DNA from: a virus | Taxonomy: Duplodnaviria > Caudoviricetes | DNA: 64,000 nt | Virus record (IMG/VR): IMGVR_UViG_2808606549_000001 | Location: 32,001-96,000 of that record | Direction: 5' to 3' (one strand) | Shown: one piece after another, positions 1 to 10,900 of the stretch | Layout: each line of letters begins with the position of its first letter | Position numbering within the stretch: position 1 is the first letter of the stretch | Made by a program: the position numbers and the translations under genes | Notes under the pieces: model-generated | Databases searched by the model: none | What the model was told of the DNA's origin: nothing | What the model saw: the letters and a program-made list of their open reading frames with translations, nothing else

Positions 1-132
1 CAAATACACAATAAAAGACAACATTATCATCATCGCCCTGCTTGAGCATCAGAAAGATATATGTTGTCCTAGGTTTGATTATAAAACAAAGTTTATAAAA
101 TTACAACACTTCACTAGAGAGGATATTACACC

Positions 133-954
133 ATGATCAAGAAGGGAAACTTCCAACTGTTTGAATCAATTGATGAATTCGCAGATTGGCTGTCTAAAGA
201 GAATATCACAAGACGGATCTCCACATTGCAAGTTCATCATACTGCCTCTCCTAACTACACAACAAGAAAAAATCAGGATTATTTCGCGTGTCTCGAAGGT
301 ATGCGAAATTTTCATATCAATACAAATGGTTGGACTGCAACGGGTCAGAACATCACTACTTTCGAGGATGGTAAGATTGCTCTGTCACTAGATAGAGATC
401 TGAATAAGACTCCAGCAGGTATCAAGGGCGCGAATGAATCTGCAATTTGTATTGAGAATATAGGCAACTTCGACAAAGGAGGAGACTCGATTACTCAAAT
501 CCAGAAGGATACAATCGTGAAATTGTATGCCCTCCTCGCTCTAAAACTCAGTATTCCTGTTGATACGGATCATATCGTTTATCATGCTTGGTATGATGAA
601 TCAGGTAAGCGACTGAAAGATTATACTCCTGGCCAATCATCGAAAACATGTCCAGGAACTAATTTCTTTGGCACAGGTAACACTATTGCTTCAGCGAACA
701 CTTCTTTTATCCCAATGGTCAGAGATGAAGTACTAAAAATTAAAAATAAAAAGGTGGAAGAAATTTTGAATACTTTCAGTAAGTACTTCGACGACGTGAC
801 TAAGCAATATCAGGCTGCTTCCATAGATTCCGCAAAAGATAAGGGTTTTATCACTGGAGTAGACGCGAAGCATTTTAACCCTGATGGCAACGTAACACGT
901 GGCGACTTAGCCGTTATTATTAACCGTGTCGTAGACTATATCCTTAAACACTAA
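133..954 (+). CDS. Endolysin, N-acetylmuramoyl-L-alanine amidase (Amidase_2) with C-terminal SLH domain
   Basis: QVHHT, IENIGNFD, YHAW, KTCPG zinc-amidase motifs; C-terminal GFITG..FNPDGNVTRGDLAVII SLH signature. Confidence 0.88.
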   Translation: MIKKGNFQLFESIDEFADWLSKENITRRISTLQVHHTASPNYTTRKNQDYFACLEGMRNFHINTNGWTATGQNITTFEDGKIALSLDRDLNKTPAGIKGANESAICIENIGNFDKGGDSITQIQKDTIVKLYALLALKLSIPVDTDHIVYHAWYDESGKRLKDYTPGQSSKTCPGTNFFGTGNTIASANTSFIPMVRDEVLKIKNKKVEEILNTFSKYFDDVTKQYQAASIDSAKDKGFITGVDAKHFNPDGNVTRGDLAVIINRVVDYILKH

Positions 955-980
955 TTACGATTGTCAAAGGAGGAATAAGT

Positions 981-1376
981 ATGGAATTCGTATATGTGAT
1001 TTCTGCACTTGTATTTATCATTGTCGTTACGCTGGGAATCAAATATGCAAAAGAAAAGAATATCATTTCTGATAGTGACATTAGTGTAGTTACGGATGTG
1101 ATTAGTATCGCAAAGAATGTAATAAGTGATCTTGACCTCAACGAAAAAACTAAAACATCTATTTCAACTGTGCTCGATATTTCCGATTCGGTTTCGGATT
1201 ATGTTCATAACCTAAGTAGCGCTGTAAATGTTGAAGATAAGGAAGGTCTTGCTTTAGACGTAGTAAATAAGATTCTATCTATTCTCCGGATTCCGGTTTC
1301 TGATAAGGATAAAGGGTTGATTGCGATCGTTATTCATGAATCGATAAAATATCTAGAAGGCAAAGACCTGGTTTAA
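981..1376 (+). CDS. Holin-like membrane protein (single N-terminal TM)
   Basis: N-terminal hydrophobic helix, RBS GGAGG, directly after endolysin. Confidence 0.6.
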   Translation: MEFVYVISALVFIIVVTLGIKYAKEKNIISDSDISVVTDVISIAKNVISDLDLNEKTKTSISTVLDISDSVSDYVHNLSSAVNVEDKEGLALDVVNKILSILRIPVSDKDKGLIAIVIHESIKYLEGKDLV

Positions 1377-1470
1377 TGTAGAGTCGATAAAAGACAAATT
1401 TCATGCACATTTTACGTTCAAAAAACGGAGTGTGAGTGAGTAAAATGAAGAAAATAGAAGGTAACTTTTT

Positions 1471-1500
1471 GGGGACTTCGGCAATCGGAGTCCTCTTTTT
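1471..1500 (+). terminator. Rho-independent terminator after lysis genes
   Basis: GGGGACTTCG-loop-CGGAGTCCTC followed by T-run. Confidence 0.7.
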
Positions 1501-1614
1501 ATTTCTTAAGAGATAAGTGCCTGACGCCTGAACGCTTTGCGTCCACTTGTCCGCCCCACCGCTGAAGCGGCAGGTCGTTAACTATTATTTTAAAGATGAT
1601 GAGGAGAGATTTTT

Positions 1615-1842
1615 TTGAACGAATTGTTTTATACGCAAAGTACAAATTTAGCTGCTTACCTAGTGATGAACGGATTTGAAATTGTAGGCGTGCGAAAACC
1701 AAACGGACGGTCAACTACGATTTACTTTAACAAGACAGATGCTCTTCATGATTGCGTTAGAACTTATAACACTGAAGATCAACTAAAGAAATTCATTTCT
1801 GCATTCAAAACAGTAAAAGAAAAAATCAACTATCACAATTGA
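1615..1842 (+). CDS. Small phage protein (DUF5659-like)
   Basis: S.NLAAYL..NGF...T.YF..T..L pattern; RBS GAGGAG before TTG. Confidence 0.55.
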   Translation: MNELFYTQSTNLAAYLVMNGFEIVGVRKPNGRSTTIYFNKTDALHDCVRTYNTEDQLKKFISAFKTVKEKINYHN

Positions 1843-1876
1843 CTTATTTATTATACGTTTAGGGGTTGTATTATTT

Positions 1877-2488
1877 ATGCTTGAAGATAAATACGGGAAA
1901 CACGGAGAACAGTTTTATGATGTAGAGACTGGAAAAATAGTTGAATTAGATGAGTTATCAAAAGCTATAAATGAAAGCATACAAGAGGAATATGCGAAAG
2001 GCGTTAGTTATTTAGTTAGTTTGGGAATGAAAATACCTCTTCGCTTAGTAAAGGCAAGAAACGGCGAAAGTTATAATATTATTAACATCAAGGAAAGGTT
2101 CCATTTCACAAAAATATTTAAGACGGATGTGAGATTCGTGCTAGACGAGTTCAAATTAAGTGTCTATAGTCGAGCATTTCTTTATTCTCTTCTACCCTAC
2201 CTTTACTTTCCTACAAATACAGTCATAATTGACGGAAAGAATCCAGAGATCGATGACTTGATGAAACTCGTGGGAATTGGAAAATCTAAAATTTATGAAG
2301 TAATGAATGAGCTAGAAAATTTGAATATCATCAAAAGAGAAAAAGTGAATGGTAAACTTATTATTTATTTTAATCCATTCCTTCATTCTTGCGGACTTGT
2401 TGATACGGAAACATATAAATTGTTTGAGAATAGTATATTTAATCCACTCCATGATATGACTAAAGGAGTCCAAGAAGTAAGAACGTAA
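1877..2488 (+). CDS. RepL-like replication/maintenance winged-HTH protein
   Basis: YDVETGKI N-terminus, FTKIF, HTH (LMKLVGIGKSKIYEVMNELE), YFNP motif. Confidence 0.55.
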   Translation: MLEDKYGKHGEQFYDVETGKIVELDELSKAINESIQEEYAKGVSYLVSLGMKIPLRLVKARNGESYNIINIKERFHFTKIFKTDVRFVLDEFKLSVYSRAFLYSLLPYLYFPTNTVIIDGKNPEIDDLMKLVGIGKSKIYEVMNELENLNIIKREKVNGKLIIYFNPFLHSCGLVDTETYKLFENSIFNPLHDMTKGVQEVRT

Positions 2489-2613
2489 TTATGTAAATTA
2501 TGCGAATTCACCTTATATTTCAAGGGATAATAGCCACTTTTTGATTCCGTATTACGGAATTGCAAGTATTACCTCATGGAAAATCGATTAAAGTATATGT
2601 GAATAGCAGAATT

Positions 2614-2648
2614 GGAGTCACCTGAAATTATGGGTGGCTCCTTTTTTT
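2614..2648 (+). terminator. Rho-independent terminator
   Basis: GGAGTCACC...GGTGGCTCC + T-run. Confidence 0.7.
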
Positions 2649-2725
2649 ATCAAAATTCATCTGTTCAATCAATAGCCATCATCCAGGAAAGAAAAGTGTT
2701 CCATTTTAACTTTTTATGATACAAT

Positions 2726-4093
2726 GTGTATCAAATAGCTATAGGGAGATGCGGATTAATGGGCGTGTATCAATTCGGAGAGTTGGCTTTTTTGGTATCT
2801 TTGATCGCATCAGTATTTTTGCCGATGAGATTTGCGCTGATAGCATATGTTGTTATGTGCAACATCGATATGCCAGGAATCGGAAACATAGTAAAAATAT
2901 TGATCGTCCCCGTGATCTTGCTTTTTCGACTTAACCGTATGAATAAACATAACCACTCAAATGAAAACCCTAAAATAGTTCAGGTTCCATATTTATTTTG
3001 GGGAATCTTTCTGGCATACTCCATTTTCGCAATTGCATGGTCACCTATCAATTATACGGCTGGAATCAAATTTTCCGCAAACTTAATAGGCATTTTGTTG
3101 TTTTATCTTGTATTTAAGAGAGCAAATGCCAACGATTTTTTAAATGCTCGATTTCTTACTGCTTCTATTGTAAGTACTCTCGCATTGGGTATCATTCAAA
3201 CATATATCCTTGATTCGACATATGGTTCAGAATATTCACGGTTTACCGGATTCATGGCTTCTCAGCCTTATGCAGCTTTCCTAGTAGGCTTGCTAATACT
3301 GGTGATCTGGAATAATCAATACAGAATTCCAACTAAATTAATTTTATCGGTTTCTCTGATTACTGCTTTGATACTAAACGGCAGTAGAACATGGTTTATC
3401 GGAGCTTGCATTGTATTGGCTGTATTATCATTATCCACAGTACTTACCAGTTCTCTTCATATAAGCATCGTATCTTTTGTATTGTTAATTGTTATAGTTG
3501 GAGGGTCTTTGTTCTATAATTATGCAATGCAAAACCAAGAACGACTTGAAAATTCAAATCGTTTATTCCAGGGATTTTACACTCTTACTGGTCAAGATAG
3601 TAACAAAGGAACAATCGGTTTCCGAAAAAACATGAACGAAGGAATGATCGACGAGATTAAGCATAGCACAGAACTTAAGTTATTTTTCGGGCATGGCACA
3701 TCAAGTTCTGAGTACGTAGCCAGAAAATACGAATCATATCAATTCCATGGCGATAATGTTGACTCCAATCGGGTTGCTCATAACGAGTGGCTTCGAATTA
3801 CTTACGAATTTGGCATCCTCGGTATGATGTTCTGGGTATCGTTTTTGTTAAGTTGTTTCTTCTACCTTGTAAGTAAGGGGTATCAGGTAGCGCCCATTCT
3901 TGCATACGGTGGTGGGATGCTTGTCGCTCTGACATCCGAGAATGTGATCATGGGAGCTGGTACAGTCGGGTTATGCGGCCTTATGATCGTAATAGCATCA
4001 AAACAGAAGAAAAGCGTAAGTGTGGATTCTACTCCAGCAGTGACAAGAACCATGATGAGACAGATGAATAGTAGGCTAAGTTTAAATAAGTGA
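2726..4093 (+). CDS. O-antigen ligase / Wzy_C family polytopic membrane protein (moron); likely start ATG at 2759
   Basis: About 10-12 TM segments, GSRT motif, FGHG and AHNEWLRITYEFGILG signature. Confidence 0.8.
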   Translation: MYQIAIGRCGLMGVYQFGELAFLVSLIASVFLPMRFALIAYVVMCNIDMPGIGNIVKILIVPVILLFRLNRMNKHNHSNENPKIVQVPYLFWGIFLAYSIFAIAWSPINYTAGIKFSANLIGILLFYLVFKRANANDFLNARFLTASIVSTLALGIIQTYILDSTYGSEYSRFTGFMASQPYAAFLVGLLILVIWNNQYRIPTKLILSVSLITALILNGSRTWFIGACIVLAVLSLSTVLTSSLHISIVSFVLLIVIVGGSLFYNYAMQNQERLENSNRLFQGFYTLTGQDSNKGTIGFRKNMNEGMIDEIKHSTELKLFFGHGTSSSEYVARKYESYQFHGDNVDSNRVAHNEWLRITYEFGILGMMFWVSFLLSCFFYLVSKGYQVAPILAYGGGMLVALTSENVIMGAGTVGLCGLMIVIASKQKKSVSVDSTPAVTRTMMRQMNSRLSLNK

Positions 4094-4100
4094 GGAAATT

Positions 4101-4125
4101 GGAGCGATCATATCGCTCCTTTTTT
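4101..4125 (+). terminator. Terminator at the convergence of + and - transcription
   Basis: GGAGCGAT-cat-ATCGCTCC + T-run. Confidence 0.75.
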
Positions 4126-4148
4126 ATTACTTATGCCTACTTAGAACC

Positions 4149-4283
4149 TCATCCAATGAGCGCCACTAGGCCATTCATATTAAGTATCTTCGTCCATTCA
4201 TCTCTCACTATTTTATTTATTACTTCTTTTGGATTACTCCCATTGTGAATCAAGTTTATGCGATATGGTTTTTTCTTCTTCAT
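4149..4283 (-). CDS. Small basic protein (44 aa, MKKKKPYRINL...)
   Basis: RBS AAGGAG before ATG at 4283; follows the ligase. Confidence 0.5.
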   Translation of the reverse strand: MKKKKPYRINLIHNGSNPKEVINKIVRDEWTKILNMNGLVALIG

Positions 4284-4293
4284 GAAATCTCCT

Positions 4294-5175
4294 TCACAAT
4301 ATGAACTCCTGGAAAGTTGGTGATCTGAGTTTGCCACTTCTCGTCAGCGACTGATATTTTACTTTACATGAGATAACAGGATCAAGGAAAATCCAATCCC
4401 TATTCTCCCCTGTCTTTATCTGCTTTGCAATCCTAAAGAATGCTTTTCTTGCCTCAGAGGAAGGTGGGAACTCAATAACACCTCTATACTCCCCATCGCT
4501 GCTCAGGCTCCATCCAAATTCCTTTTTGCGGATACCTGTTATCTGAAAAGTGTCATATTGATAATTCTTCGTTTTAACCCATACATTCTGTGGCCTGGAA
4601 TCAATGTAATAACGTGATTTAACCGTATTGGATATGTTTTTAGATACGATGCCTTCGAGACCGAGGCTCTGAACGTTCTCAAACAGCCCTAGACCGTCTT
4701 TACTCATGGAGGTGGCGGATAGAGCGTCAGAGGGTGTGACGATATCCTGGAGGATGCCTAGACGGTCTAGGAGGCTGCTCGAAGTTAAGTCTCCCCCATC
4801 ACATAAGATAATATCCCACACAACAAAATGAGCTGGCATCGTTTTGGTGAGAGTGTTCACCTTGGCTGCATTCTTGGTGAGTAGTCGAGTTATTGAGTCT
4901 TCCCATGATGGCTTACCCTCATAGAAGCAAATACACTCTCCATCGAGAATAGCCGTCTTACAATTTAACCGGATACGTTGGAGTTCAGGGAATCGATCAG
5001 TAACCTCATTCCCTTCCCTAGTCCATGTACGAACCGAACCATTATCGTAATGAATGAGTATACGGAAACCATCCCATTTAACTTGATGAATCCATTTGTC
5101 ACCGGACATTATTGTTGAGGATGGGTGAAGTAACATTGGTTTAATTGGTGTGTTGAGCATAAAACAACCCTCCAT
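4294..5175 (-). CDS. ATP-dependent DNA ligase (LigB/LigD ligase-domain type)
   Basis: KWDGFR motif I, LDGE, VWDI, EGIVSK, WVKTK, LRSP.F. Confidence 0.9.
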   Translation of the reverse strand: MEGCFMLNTPIKPMLLHPSSTIMSGDKWIHQVKWDGFRILIHYDNGSVRTWTREGNEVTDRFPELQRIRLNCKTAILDGECICFYEGKPSWEDSITRLLTKNAAKVNTLTKTMPAHFVVWDIILCDGGDLTSSSLLDRLGILQDIVTPSDALSATSMSKDGLGLFENVQSLGLEGIVSKNISNTVKSRYYIDSRPQNVWVKTKNYQYDTFQITGIRKKEFGWSLSSDGEYRGVIEFPPSSEARKAFFRIAKQIKTGENRDWIFLDPVISCKVKYQSLTRSGKLRSPTFQEFIL

Positions 5176-5272
5176 GATATTTACGGTATCACAGAGGGCC
5201 GTATGGTTACATAGTGGGTTATTGGGAAGTTCTTAATTGCATGGTTTTGTAATATAATATGAGCAAATTATG

Positions 5273-6916
5273 CTACAAAACCATGTGAATAGCATCCATA
5301 TTATATTTGTCTATTATTCGAGTAATCTGATTAAAGACATCAAACTCAAATGTAATTACCGCTTTCCTTTTTTCATTGGTGTTCCTACTTATCTTCATAT
5401 GGTCAATATGTTGCAGCAACTTTGTTCGCTCGATCTTCTTTTCAATCTCCAACCCTTTAATGTCACTCTTAAGGTCAACCAATAAACCAATTTCTTTTTT
5501 TATGTCGTTTTCAGTTTGAGAGACTGACTTCAAGTGTTTTCGTTTTTCTGCGATTTTTTCATCTAATTCACTGCTTAACTGATCCAAATAATCAGAGTCA
5601 AAATTGCCCTTTATATATAGAAGAGCTGTTCTATTCTTTTCTTCCTCAAGACCCTTTATCTCTTCCTTTAGCAGTTTAATTTCCTCAGTATCGCTTTCAC
5701 TTTTCTTGTTTTCTAAATACTTAACTATTTCATCTATCTTTGATAGTCGCTCCTCTTTGACTGATAAAAACAATTCAGCAAGCATTCCATTAGCCAGGAC
5801 ATCTAACTCCATTTCAATTTGATCTGAATATACATTTACATTGTCGCAGTGCGCAGTCCCTTTATTTTTCTTGGTGGTACAATTGTAGAATGGCTTTCCG
5901 CGATCTTTGTTTCTAACATATGACGCGCCACATTCTGAACAAATAATCTTACCTGCAAACTCACTCGTTCCTTTATAAATACCCTTTTGCATTTTATGAT
6001 TGATCTTATTGTCCCGAGTCATTTGAGCTTTAACAAACTCTTCTTTTGTGATAATAGAAGGAATAGCATTCTCATGAACTATCCACTTACTTTCATCATT
6101 TATCTTTGCGAAAGTACTTTTATTAAACATGCTGCCATAGGTGTATTTTTGTCTAACTGACGCTCCATAGTATTTTTCATTGGAGAGTATCCTTTTTACG
6201 GCTGAAACAGCAAACGGCTTATTATTTCTTGTGTAGATCCCCTTGCTGGTCAGATGATTAATTATTCTCCGAACACCTATTCCTTCATTATATAATTTAT
6301 AAATTTCCCTAATGACTTCGGCCTCTTCTTCTCTTATTTCAAACTTCTGCTCTTCATCCTTGTGATACGAATATCCATAAATCCTACTGTTTGAGAATAG
6401 GTGACCTTTCTTGGCTCCTTCAATATGTCCGAACTTAACCTTATTCGATTTATCAATTGAATCCTGTTGGTCAAAGTTCAAGAACAGGTTGAGCATGAAT
6501 TCTTTACTTGGCCCATCAAACAATAAATCAATATCAAGGAAGTGTACAATAACACCTTGTTTTAGTAATTCTCTTAAAACTTCAATGACCATAACATTTC
6601 TTGCAAAACGACTAGTATTCTTTACGAAAATCATTTTGAACTTGGGAGTCCTATTGGTTGCAGAAAATATCGACCGTGACTTAGACACTTTTATCTCTTC
6701 TAATCCTGCATCTATGAGCATCCTAGTGAACTCGTCTCTTTTATTGAGGCTTGTCCCAGTTATTCCTTTGTCGGCATAAATGTCATACAGTTGATAAGCC
6801 TCATTCTTAGTTATTTCTCGCTCAAAATATGATTTTTGATTCTCATAACTGTTTTCCTGGTCTTTACTTGAGGTGCTGACGCGACAGTATGCACTTACAT
6901 ATATTTTATCTGTCAA
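5273..6916 (-). CDS. Large serine recombinase (resolvase + recombinase + zinc ribbon + coiled coil)
   Basis: AYCRVST catalytic Ser, SRFARN, YGY, ILSNEKYYG, CSECG...YNC...C; TTG start at 6916 with GGAGGT RBS (track starts at 6940). Confidence 0.93.
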   Translation of the reverse strand: MTDKIYVSAYCRVSTSSKDQENSYENQKSYFEREITKNEAYQLYDIYADKGITGTSLNKRDEFTRMLIDAGLEEIKVSKSRSIFSATNRTPKFKMIFVKNTSRFARNVMVIEVLRELLKQGVIVHFLDIDLLFDGPSKEFMLNLFLNFDQQDSIDKSNKVKFGHIEGAKKGHLFSNSRIYGYSYHKDEEQKFEIREEEAEVIREIYKLYNEGIGVRRIINHLTSKGIYTRNNKPFAVSAVKRILSNEKYYGASVRQKYTYGSMFNKSTFAKINDESKWIVHENAIPSIITKEEFVKAQMTRDNKINHKMQKGIYKGTSEFAGKIICSECGASYVRNKDRGKPFYNCTTKKNKGTAHCDNVNVYSDQIEMELDVLANGMLAELFLSVKEERLSKIDEIVKYLENKKSESDTEEIKLLKEEIKGLEEEKNRTALLYIKGNFDSDYLDQLSSELDEKIAEKRKHLKSVSQTENDIKKEIGLLVDLKSDIKGLEIEKKIERTKLLQHIDHMKISRNTNEKRKAVITFEFDVFNQITRIIDKYNMDAIHMVL

Positions 6917-7163
6917 TATTTTTACCTCCATGCATGGCAATGTATCAATTTATAAATTATATCACAAAGACAAACAAAAAAGCAGACATCACATCTGCTT
7001 TGGAGTATTTTGTATTAATTGGATTATTCCATTCTTAACCTCATATGTTCCGTATGGAGTCGACACATAAAAGCAATATGGCTTCTTCTTAGGAGTTTTC
7101 CTTTTCGTTTTTTTCAACTCCATCACCTCTTGCAATAACCTATTCCCCTCCGAATTTGTCCCA

Positions 7164-7703
7164 TTACTTATTGTGTTGGATTGCCTGTTCGATAAATTCC
7201 CTAAGATGATAATGATACCGTTTCGTCTTCTTTCTCCAGGCGATCTCAATGCCAACTTCTTCACATATTGAAATTGGAATGCTGCTTTTGTTTACTTTAC
7301 TTTTATATGTATGATCCTTAATTTCATTCTCTGCAACATTCTTATAAGCAACGAAGTCTTTAATTGGCACAAAGTAAACCTTATTCTCTGGCTCCCTGAA
7401 GTTAAACAGGAAACCAGAGATGACATCATCATATGTATCAGCCTTAAGCAAGTTTTCTATCTGATGCTTCTTTATGATCTTCTCGCTGAAACTAATTGAT
7501 TTATCTTTTGTTGATTTTTGTTCTAGTGTGAATAAATGACCTTTGCTGAACATCATACAATCGTATTTATTTGGAGCAACCTTTATTCGTTTTCTCAATT
7601 CAATGGGGAGACTTATGTCCTTGATTCTATTGTAAAAGATGCCTAACTTCGCACAACTACTCTCCAAATCAGATTCAAATAATTTTCCGAGATTAATAGT
7701 CAA
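7164..7703 (-). CDS. recU: RecU-like Holliday junction resolvase
   Basis: GKLFE, YDC, LEQKST, KHQIENL PD-(D/E)XK motifs. Confidence 0.75.
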   Translation of the reverse strand: MTINLGKLFESDLESSCAKLGIFYNRIKDISLPIELRKRIKVAPNKYDCMMFSKGHLFTLEQKSTKDKSISFSEKIIKKHQIENLLKADTYDDVISGFLFNFREPENKVYFVPIKDFVAYKNVAENEIKDHTYKSKVNKSSIPISICEEVGIEIAWRKKTKRYHYHLREFIEQAIQHNK

Positions 7704-7970
7704 TCAAGCACCTTGAAATTTAGGATACCGTTCAGCAAAAGCAGCCAATGAATCTTTCAAACTGGTTTTAGTATGAAGTGAATAGTCAAGAAGTTTATCC
7801 TTGGACTTATATAGAACAGTGCATCCTTCATTCTGAGCAAGATGTTCGTTCAAAGATTTCTCCGAACGAAACGTTAAATTTACAACATCACCATTACATG
7901 TTTTATATTTAAGATAGATCCGGTTCATTTTAATATTCCTCCGTTTACTATTCTGAATTGAGTAATCCAC
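7704..7970 (-). CDS. Hypothetical protein
   Basis: ORF between dnaE and recU, co-oriented. Confidence 0.55.
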   Translation of the reverse strand: MDYSIQNSKRRNIKMNRIYLKYKTCNGDVVNLTFRSEKSLNEHLAQNEGCTVLYKSKDKLLDYSLHTKTSLKDSLAAFAERYPKFQGA

Positions 7971-10900
7971 GGTTCCTTCTCAGGAAGTACATCGAATCCA
8001 CCATTAGGATTGGGCTTTTTCTTGTTAGTGTATTCAATTCTAAGATTATTAATAATCGAGCCAACTTTGAGATTGCTATTGCTGTATTCTTTTTTATTTA
8101 ACTTTGCAACATTCTCGGTTCCATTAATCAAATTGTATATTGTTAGTCTAGGAGAATATTGCGTATTAATTTCAGTAATAACACCATGATATTCATCAAG
8201 TTCTGGATAGATAGTTTGAGCATATCCCATAACTTCTTTTTCAAATTCTATTTGTTCGTTCGGCGGGATTTTCTTTTCCTTCAGTGTTAGGAAAATCTCG
8301 GATGCTCTTTCCTTAATAATTTCTAGCCTTTTTATCTTTGTCGCGTCTTTATGTGTTTTCTTGTATGTTTCTTTTCCCGTAGAGAATAACTCAACTATTT
8401 TTAGCAGCTCATTATTTCCGCCAAACTTACTAAAGTAATTAATTTTGACAAGAATATCGAGTTGGCGTGTATTGATTGATGTATTCTCTTCAATGTCTAC
8501 TAGCAAATCTACAAATGAATCATATGATTTTTTTCCTAATTCATATAATTCTTCGGCCACTTTTACATTCATGTATTTGATACTTGAAAGGTCTGAGTAG
8601 ATTTTATTCTCATCTTCGTTTGCAACAAACATCCGATTATCATAACCAAACTTGAATCCACCATCCAAAATGCCGAATCCTCTCTGCATCTCCTCTTTTA
8701 GCGCAGAAACTTTTTCTTTATTCTTCTTTGCCGAGAAGTGTCGTAGCAAGGTCTCATAAAAATAGATGGTATGGTGACTTTTTAAATAAGCGCAGTAAAC
8801 AGAATCTAGAGCATAACTGTATGCATGGCTCGCATTGAAGCCGTAACCTGAGCTGTCTTCAATGATTTTCCATACTTGCTCACTCATCTCAAGAGCCTCA
8901 TCTAATGAGCGGTTTTCACGTTCAATTATCTTTTCGCTGAAACCCTTTAAGAATCTATCTTTTAGTGGCTTAACGACATCAGGCTTCTTCTTACTGATTG
9001 CTTTGATGATTCCATAAGTTTCATCGGTAGGGAATCCAGCATATGCAAGTGTGGCCATCGTTTGTTCTTGATATAGAACGAAAGAGTTCTTCATCTCTTC
9101 TGTCTGAATTAGATCATCGAAACTTTTGATTCCATAAGAGAAAGGTTGACGTGATTCAAAAACGTGATACATCGATTTAAAAGAAGGACGAATAGCAGCG
9201 ATAAAAGCAGTTAGTTCAGAAATGTTCTTTGGCTTATACTTTTTTACTTTTTGAGTAGTTGAATACTTTTCGACTTGGTTTATTCCTACAGTGAGTCCGT
9301 CCTCGTAAATCTTCCATACTTTTTCATTATTTTTGATTTCATCAAGTAATTCTGTTTCTGTATGAATTGGTTTGTTAATCCGCTTATATGTATCATAATT
9401 AGTTTTAACAACGTCAACTTTAAGTAAATCATTCTTGAGAAACTTAAAATATTCTGCGATTTCGCCATCAACTAAAGCGGCAAGAACTTCTTTCTTTGTT
9501 GATTCGCTTTTTAATAGAATGAGTCCGATTTCTTCTTTAATGTTACCTTGATAAAGTAAGTGTCCACATGGATGCGGCTTTTTATCAGATATGATCCCTG
9601 TGTACTTTTCACTTTCTTTAATCAAATTGTGATGCTTTTCATCTACGTAATCATAAACGTCGATAAGATCCTTTTCATCGTCTTCAGCGTATTTCAAATC
9701 AGCTTCATATTTTTCAAGTTGTTGCGATACTTCATTTGCAATTTCAAAAGGTAGGTTCTGTGATTTAGCATATAATTTAAATCCAGATTTGCGCTTGAAT
9801 GTCCCATAAGCAATCATCGGATATGAATGGCCTTCACCAAGAACTTTATTCTGTGCTTGAATGAAGACTTCTGGATTACCTAAGTTCATATCTAGGTCAG
9901 GTAATGATTTAGTTTGGAGAATCCTACTCTCGCTCATGAATCGCTCTGGATACAATTGAACAGGTGAAGCAATGCGATCTACCTGAGAGAAGCCAAGCAA
10001 AGTATTTGTATAGAACGAAACACCAGATCCTCTTCCTGTTGAGGTGATAATTCCACCCATACCTACGGCTTCTTTTACGATTTCATGGTCAATGAGAAAG
10101 TAATCAGACATCCCTGTGTTGACTACTACCTCACCTTCCTTACGAATCTCTTCGATATATTTTTGATGCTTACTCGGATCAATTTTAACTTTTACTTCTC
10201 TCCATTTCTGGTTAAGAAGTTGCTTATACTTTTGATCTCTTTCTTGCTGAGATAGTTCAGGATAAAGAGTAGGCAACTTAATTTCTTTACTGAACACCTT
10301 AATCTTATCTGAATCATAATCATCAAAATCCATAAATCGCATTGTATTCTTTATTGATGCATCAATCTGTTCCTCAGACAATACCCCTTGTTCGATAAAT
10401 CTCTTCTTCAATGTCTCTCCATCTGGATAGTCCATATACCATCCGTCTTCTTGCTCGTATCTAATTCCCTTAGCTTCAAGAACATTATCGCGGTCGATTG
10501 CTTGTTCAGGATAGATGAAGTGGCTGTCACATCCAGCAATCAGTTCGATATTCCTCTTGTTGCTGATTTGCAGGATCTTCTTATGCAATTCCTTTTGTGG
10601 CTCAGTATTATGTGCCTGAACTTCAAGCATAAAATTAGAACCGAAGTAAGAATGCAGATCAGATACAATTTTATCAATATCCTCGTAATGCCAAAAGGCA
10701 ATACATGCTGAAGTAACCAACACTTCATTAGGATCAATCGTTGAAATTAAATCTAAGTCGATTCTCGGCTTGTAATAATAGCCTGAAATATTCGCTTCCG
10801 ATAGAATACGGTTAATGTCTCTCCTACCTTTTTCAGACTTAGCGAAGATACAGATATGGGAATTCGTATTGTCCTTTTCAAATCTATCCTTAACCCAATA

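Noticed and set aside
4282-4299. ATGAAA at 4282 as a junction site
   Set aside because: No matching right arm; it overlaps the start codon and RBS of the small - strand ORF
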